This document shows, in pieces, positions 58,860 to 64,000 of a DNA stretch of 64,000 nt. Location of the stretch: the NCBI GenBank assembly GCA_048939625.1, contig JBHLPH010000005.1, positions 46,972-110,971 of the forward strand, written 5' to 3'. The notes under the pieces were generated by a model. It saw nothing but the letters and a program-made list of their open reading frames with translations, was not told the DNA's origin and ran no database searches. Position numbers and translations under genes: made by a program. Each line of letters begins with the position of its first letter. Position 1 is the first letter of the stretch. The stretch comes from Promethearchaeota archaeon. GTDB taxonomy: Archaea; Asgardarchaeota; Hermodarchaeia; Hermodarchaeales; Hermodarchaeaceae.

Positions 58860-59990
58860 TTGAATGCTATGAGTTCCCTCGAACCACTTAGACGAATCAT
58901 CTCGCTAACTCGTAAGGAAATTCAAACCATCATCAAAGACCGCACCGCCATGCTCTTAGTCTTTCTTTTGCCTGTGTTGACTATTGGCACTCTTGCGTTG
59001 GCGATTCAACAGAATGATATTCAGGCGGAGACGGTGCCGATGGTGTTTGGAGTGGTGGATTTGGATACGACGGATACATATCCGGGGTTGGATTTATCGG
59101 AGAATTTTACGGCGACCCTTGCGAATCTTGATGGGGTGACGGTGGTTGAGTATGATAATTCGTCGGATGCATATAATGCGTTGTTTCTCAATGAGGTGGA
59201 TGCATATGTTGTGATTCCAGATGGGTTTGAGCATGCGCTTTCGATGAATTTACCAACATTTGTTGATGTGCATACAAGTAACACCCAGTTGCGAGGTCAG
59301 GGGGAAGCTATTATTTCGGTAACAGCAGCTTCGTTGTTATTTCGGGAGAAATTAGGATGGATCCGAAGTGATATTCTCACCGTTCCTCAAGTGGAATTTG
59401 TGCCCGAAGGTGATGTCTTAGCAATACAGGTAGGCGCGTTCTTGGTTGTTTTTTGTATCTTTATGGCTATCGCATTGATTTCTTGTCAATCGATTGTTGG
59501 TGATATTCCACTTCGACGGATGCTGCTTACTCCAACGAGTAAAGTGGAAGTGGTTCTTGGGAAGATTACTGCATATACGATCATTGGAATGATTCAGGGA
59601 TTGTTGCTTCTAATCTTATGGATTGTCGGATTCCAGCTGAATCTCCGAACTGATTTGTTAACCTTGGGAATTGTCGTGAGTTTGATGGCGCTAGCTGGAG
59701 CGGTGTCTGGTGTGGTTATCTCTTCATTCTCTACTTCAAGGCTTCAAGCAAATCAAGGATTTCTCTTCTTGCTGTTAGGCATGATGATTTTAAGCGGAAT
59801 GTTCATTGACGTAGGAATCATTTCGGAATTTCTTCCTATGAACCTAGGCATGCGGTTAATTCAAGAAACAGCCTTCAAAGGGCTTCCCTTGATTGCAGGG
59901 TGGGAGGATCTTGTCCGCATTCTCATATTTATCATTGGGGGTACCCTGATCGCTATTCTCGTCTTATGGAGGAAGCGAACCCTTGCTTAA
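58860..59990 (+). CDS. ABC-2 permease with extracellular domain
   Basis: KEIQTIIKD, VVDLD, VIPDGF, LRRMLLTP, LSGMF; 1+5 TM layout. Confidence 0.9.
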   Translation: MNAMSSLEPLRRIISLTRKEIQTIIKDRTAMLLVFLLPVLTIGTLALAIQQNDIQAETVPMVFGVVDLDTTDTYPGLDLSENFTATLANLDGVTVVEYDNSSDAYNALFLNEVDAYVVIPDGFEHALSMNLPTFVDVHTSNTQLRGQGEAIISVTAASLLFREKLGWIRSDILTVPQVEFVPEGDVLAIQVGAFLVVFCIFMAIALISCQSIVGDIPLRRMLLTPTSKVEVVLGKITAYTIIGMIQGLLLLILWIVGFQLNLRTDLLTLGIVVSLMALAGAVSGVVISSFSTSRLQANQGFLFLLLGMMILSGMFIDVGIISEFLPMNLGMRLIQETAFKGLPLIAGWEDLVRILIFIIGGTLIAILVLWRKRTLA

Positions 59991-59999
59991 ATCTGAGGG

Positions 60000-61661
60000 G
60001 TGTTAATCGCAATGGAACAGTTAAATGACATACCAGTTTTCGTGGAAAAGAATTATTTTGCAGGTTCTCGATTTGATGATGCGTTAGATTGGATTGAGGA
60101 GCGTAATGACCGAGAAATCCACGCTCAAGTTAAGGGTCAAGTTAGACTTAGTAACAAGGAGGTTATTGTTGAAGGGCGAGTTCTAAACATTGTTCGTCGA
60201 GGCCGACGACAACGAATTGCTATCCTTGTGAGTTCTGTTCAGGAGGGACCAGAGGAGTTAGTTGGATCGGTGATAACAGTTGGTTCAGAAAGAACGGAAC
60301 GCGAAGAAATCGTAGCTAAACAATTAGTCCTTATGAATTGGCTTCGTCGTAATATCCATGATGACTTCTACTATGATGGCGAAGAGATTGATCATGCTGT
60401 GAAACGCATTCAGGATTTGCTTGATTACACTGAGGTGGATGCAAAAATCTGGGGAATTGGAAAGGATGAGGCCGAGGTCTTTATCGAGGGGACGGTGACC
60501 AATGCCCGAATGGAACGACTCCGCGTTGGACTACTTGAATTACGTACTAGACCTCCTTCAAGTGCGTCGGAAAGATCAGCGCAAGTCTATACCATCGGAG
60601 GGCGGGAAACCGCGCCAGAAATCTTTCGGGAACTAATCAGTATTGTTCCTGATGTGCTAGCACAGAAAATGTTGTTTACTCCAGCATATGCCCGAACCCG
60701 TGGGAAAGTAGAAAATGTCATTGTAGCAGAGAACCTAACGGTTACGGTTGACAACAACTTCGATATCATTCGTGATGTCACGTTTAAGCTCCCCAGTGGA
60801 AAAATCATGGGGATAATTGGTGAATCAGGATCAGGAAAATCAACCACTATCCGTGCGCTCATTGGTGATATTATCCCCACGCGAGGTCAAGTCGTAATTG
60901 GCGGAATAGTGTCAACGCAACGCAAACAGGTTAAACCTATCTTTGGCTTTGTCCCTCAGGATCTGGGATACATGTATCAGAATTTTACACCACTAGAAAA
61001 TATTGTGGAATTTGGTAAGCAGTATGGAATTCCTGAACAAGAGCTAGTTCGGAGGGGAAAGGTTCTCCTACGGGAAATGGGGATTTTTGAAAAGGGGAAT
61101 CAAAGTGTCCGAACCTTATCGGGAGGAGAAAAGCGCCGTGCGTCTATTTCGATTTCAATGGTTCATCGACCACAACTGTTAATCCTCGATGAACCTACCT
61201 CAGGTTTGGATCCGGATATGCGTAGTGAGTTATGGGAATATCTTGATTATCTAAACCAAGAATATGGCACCAGCATGATTGTGGTTACGCATTATCCAGG
61301 AGAGGCGGAATATTGTGACACAGTGGCTGTATTCATGAAAGAACGTAGCTTGGTCGCTTATGGCAGCCCTGCTGAACTCAAAGCGTCACTTCCTGGGAAA
61401 GGCTATGCAGTAGGTATCATTCTTCAACAGCCACGACCTGGAATTGCAGCCTTACTCAAAGATGTGAAGGATATTATTCACGTTTTAGAGCGAGGGGAAC
61501 TCATCAAAGTATTTTCTGAGATTCCCTTAATCGAAATGTCTGAACGCGTTGTTCGAGCGCTACAAGCCCAAAACGTCCAAATCAAGAGTGTGAAACCAAA
61601 AATGGGCGTTGATATGACAGATTACTTCATTCTCATAACTGGACGCCAAATGGAGGTGTAA
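60000..61661 (+). CDS. ABC-2 ATP-binding protein with duplicated N-terminal accessory domain
   Basis: GESGSGKS, LSGGEKRR, LDEPTSGLD, VTHY; two similar 92-aa blocks precede the ATPase. Confidence 0.9.
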   Translation: MLIAMEQLNDIPVFVEKNYFAGSRFDDALDWIEERNDREIHAQVKGQVRLSNKEVIVEGRVLNIVRRGRRQRIAILVSSVQEGPEELVGSVITVGSERTEREEIVAKQLVLMNWLRRNIHDDFYYDGEEIDHAVKRIQDLLDYTEVDAKIWGIGKDEAEVFIEGTVTNARMERLRVGLLELRTRPPSSASERSAQVYTIGGRETAPEIFRELISIVPDVLAQKMLFTPAYARTRGKVENVIVAENLTVTVDNNFDIIRDVTFKLPSGKIMGIIGESGSGKSTTIRALIGDIIPTRGQVVIGGIVSTQRKQVKPIFGFVPQDLGYMYQNFTPLENIVEFGKQYGIPEQELVRRGKVLLREMGIFEKGNQSVRTLSGGEKRRASISISMVHRPQLLILDEPTSGLDPDMRSELWEYLDYLNQEYGTSMIVVTHYPGEAEYCDTVAVFMKERSLVAYGSPAELKASLPGKGYAVGIILQQPRPGIAALLKDVKDIIHVLERGELIKVFSEIPLIEMSERVVRALQAQNVQIKSVKPKMGVDMTDYFILITGRQMEV

Positions 61662-61667
61662 GCTAGC

Positions 61668-64000
61668 GTGCAACGTGTGAAGCATCAGAATCATCGTACC
61701 ATTCGAGCCATTTCAACTACTCTTACCATTTCAATGTTCTTAATGACCATTCTGTTCTCAGCATACCAGTTGTCCCTTTCTAGCTTTCAAGCCCATTCTG
61801 ATGCTTTACCAATTGAATCCAAACTTTCCGAACCCCTGCTTAAGCTTCTATATTCCTCTGAAGACTCCAACTTATCGATAGATGCAATCGCTCACTTGGC
61901 AGAGGAAGCTGATTGGAAAACCACACAGCGAGCGATTTTACAAACGGCATCTAGATCAAGAATCAAAGCTTATCACAAATTAATCCACGCAATATCATTT
62001 CAAACGACTGTCGGCGAATTGGAAAACATCGCTGGATTACCCTACATCCAAAAAATCTGGACAGATATCCAAGTCCAATTGGATCTTCCTCAAACCACGC
62101 TCTCAACAACCATCAGAGCGCCTAATGGATATATTCACCCCAAAGACACAATTAGTGCCACCAGCCTTTATGACCTAGGGTTGAATGGGTCGGATACCGT
62201 CGTTGCGATTTTAGATACCGGAATTGACACCACACACCCTGATCTTGACGATATGGACGATAATGAAACTACTAATGACCCCAAAGTTTTAGCACAAGTC
62301 GCATTCACGGAAGGTGATCCCTTTCCATTCGATTTGAATGGTCATGGCACGTATTGTGCGGGGCTTGTCGCTGGAACAGGATTTGCATCAGGTGGAAATT
62401 ATACGGGTATTGCACCTGGAAGCCATCTTATGAGTGCTAAAGTCCTTCTTGGTGATGGAACAGGGTATTCTTCGTGGATTATTCGTGGAATTGAGTGGAG
62501 CATCACAAATGGGGCAGACATTATTTTATTACCCTTCTCAACTTTTGGTTTACCAGGAGATCCCTTATCAGAGGCTGTGAGAATAGCAACTGCACAAGGT
62601 GTCCTCGTGGTCTGTGCAGCAGGAGACCAAGGACCAAATCATCTGACAATTATGTCACCTGGAGAATCATTGTCCGCCCTCACAGTTGGTGCTTATGATC
62701 CCGTGACAGGAGTGGTCCCAGATTTTAGTAGTCGGGGACCCACCTTCGATTTTCGAACTAAACCGGATGTTATTGCACCAGGTGTTGACATTATTTCCTC
62801 GTCATTGTATAATATTCTTCCAACTGAGATTGGTAACATTTCAATTGACCTCGCTCCTGAGGACTTGGATTTCCTTGGAGGAGGAAGCTTTGGGGTTCAA
62901 ATCAATGAGAATTACACTCTGGCAAGTACAACAGCTGCCTCTGCTTCAATTGCTGCTGGAGCAGCTTGTCTATTACTTGAAGGAAGCCGATTCGCCACAC
63001 CTGAAGCACTTGGCATTAGTATTAGGAAAGGAGCTCGAGCGCTAGGACTAGGCCCAAATATCGAAGGAACTGGGCTCCTGAACACCTCCAAAGCCCATGA
63101 TGAGTTAACAGTATTACACAATCCCTTTCCTGCTGAGTTTCGTACTCGTAGTGTTGGAATAGGGCTTCCCTATTATGGGATGCTTATCAGCGAAGCACCG
63201 GGAGAAAATGTGACTCTTCTTTTAAGTGGATATTCAACAGCCATAGGGGCACTCGTACTGAGTACAATTACGAATATGTCACTGTTCCATATGCTTTTCG
63301 GATTATTCCATCTTGCTGTAAATGACACTGATCCCATCCCCTTCACTTTTCTGGATGTCGAACAGGAATTTCACTGGACAGGTCTTCCCTACGGAAATTA
63401 TGTCCGTGCTACGGGAATCCTCTCATATAACGACTTACTTATTATTCCTCGTGTTGAAACCTGGCAGGTTACTTCTAGCCCTTCAGCCAATGCATTTCGT
63501 ATTACCTTCTTTCTACTCAACATCGGAACTGAAAAAATCACTGATATTCGAGTATATAGTCAATGGAATATTGATCTCTTCAGTGGTGCAAATAACACCT
63601 CCATTCAAAATGGTTTCTACAATACGACCTCTCATTTATTCCATGTTTATGGTGATGTTTTACCCGAAAATGAAAGCACACGAATCGACCAGTATATTGG
63701 CATCAATGCATCAACGCCATTTACGAATTACCAAGTCGGTTCATTTGACGAAGTCGCCGATAATATTCAAAACGAAACCCTCTCAGGAACAACGACCCAT
63801 TCTGGTGATGAGGGTATAGGCTTTGGTTCCCAATGGCGTCTTGGCAACCTTTCCGAAGGTGCCCCAGCAGTGAATGTTTCAATGACCCTTGGCTTTGGCC
63901 GAAATTTCACTGCTTTAGCCCATGGAATTCAGTACACAGAGAATTCAACGGTTTCAACGCCTTTAACGGATCTTTGCATGATTCGTCCTACGATTCCAAG
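61668..64000 (+). CDS. Large secreted S8 subtilase-family protein, 3'-truncated (absent from ORF track), apparently lacking the catalytic Ser
   Basis: GTG after GGAGGTG; frame open to the window end; signal peptide, propeptide, VAILDTGID, NGHGTYCAG, FSSRGP, KPDVIAPG, ASTTAASASIAAGAA. Confidence 0.9.
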   Translation, partial: MQRVKHQNHRTIRAISTTLTISMFLMTILFSAYQLSLSSFQAHSDALPIESKLSEPLLKLLYSSEDSNLSIDAIAHLAEEADWKTTQRAILQTASRSRIKAYHKLIHAISFQTTVGELENIAGLPYIQKIWTDIQVQLDLPQTTLSTTIRAPNGYIHPKDTISATSLYDLGLNGSDTVVAILDTGIDTTHPDLDDMDDNETTNDPKVLAQVAFTEGDPFPFDLNGHGTYCAGLVAGTGFASGGNYTGIAPGSHLMSAKVLLGDGTGYSSWIIRGIEWSITNGADIILLPFSTFGLPGDPLSEAVRIATAQGVLVVCAAGDQGPNHLTIMSPGESLSALTVGAYDPVTGVVPDFSSRGPTFDFRTKPDVIAPGVDIISSSLYNILPTEIGNISIDLAPEDLDFLGGGSFGVQINENYTLASTTAASASIAAGAACLLLEGSRFATPEALGISIRKGARALGLGPNIEGTGLLNTSKAHDELTVLHNPFPAEFRTRSVGIGLPYYGMLISEAPGENVTLLLSGYSTAIGALVLSTITNMSLFHMLFGLFHLAVNDTDPIPFTFLDVEQEFHWTGLPYGNYVRATGILSYNDLLIIPRVETWQVTSSPSANAFRITFFLLNIGTEKITDIRVYSQWNIDLFSGANNTSIQNGFYNTTSHLFHVYGDVLPENESTRIDQYIGINASTPFTNYQVGSFDEVADNIQNETLSGTTTHSGDEGIGFGSQWRLGNLSEGAPAVNVSMTLGFGRNFTALAHGIQYTENSTVSTPLTDLCMIRPTIP

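Noticed and set aside
59020-59300. G/T-rich stretch suggesting an insertion
   Set aside because: In frame and encodes the normal extracellular domain of the ABC-2 permease; no boundary repeats
62495-63819. Several tracked ORFs of 67-165 aa
   Set aside because: Alternative frames within the continuous S8 ORF starting at 61668
1-64000. Transposase, integrase, prophage, tRNA or rRNA
   Set aside because: No such motifs or cloverleaf/rRNA sequence recognised by eye; tRNAscan-SE and Infernal would confirm

Overview
Gene-dense archaeal chromosomal segment, most likely from an Asgard archaeon. The lineage is inferred from archaeal BRE/TATA promoters and GGAGGTGA-type RBSs, FEN1, a Rab-like small GTPase, membrane-anchored RING-like zinc fingers and a PPPPPGIPGFP C-terminal anchor. 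Housekeeping and metabolic content: nadA/nadC/nadE, glutamate dehydrogenase, an FMN glutamate-synthase-family protein, a four-gene group 3b-type [NiFe] hydrogenase operon, a CoA-disulfide reductase/NADH oxidase, Maf, RidA, dodecin, ferredoxins, three ABC systems, alkaline phosphatase, M6/M20/S8 peptidase-family proteins and several Lrp/PadR/TrmB/ModE regulators. There are many local paralog pairs. I found no rRNA, tRNA, CRISPR array or transposase. The most unusual signal is a pair of highly structured non-coding elements (about 14950-15230 and 18890-19275). The first has its own promoter and terminator. On the minus strand both carry C-rich anti-Shine-Dalgarno-like tracts, and they can form about 24 bp with each other over an RBS+AUG-like site, making them a candidate sRNA/target or sRNA/sponge pair. 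Also notable: an ABC-2 operon whose ATPase carries two TrmB-C-like domains and which is followed by a subtilase lacking its catalytic Ser; an FG-GAP-like single-pass protein with a cytoplasmic zinc finger; tandem stand-alone 7TM proteins; and a probable CTG start codon. All family assignments come from motif recognition only; no searches were run.
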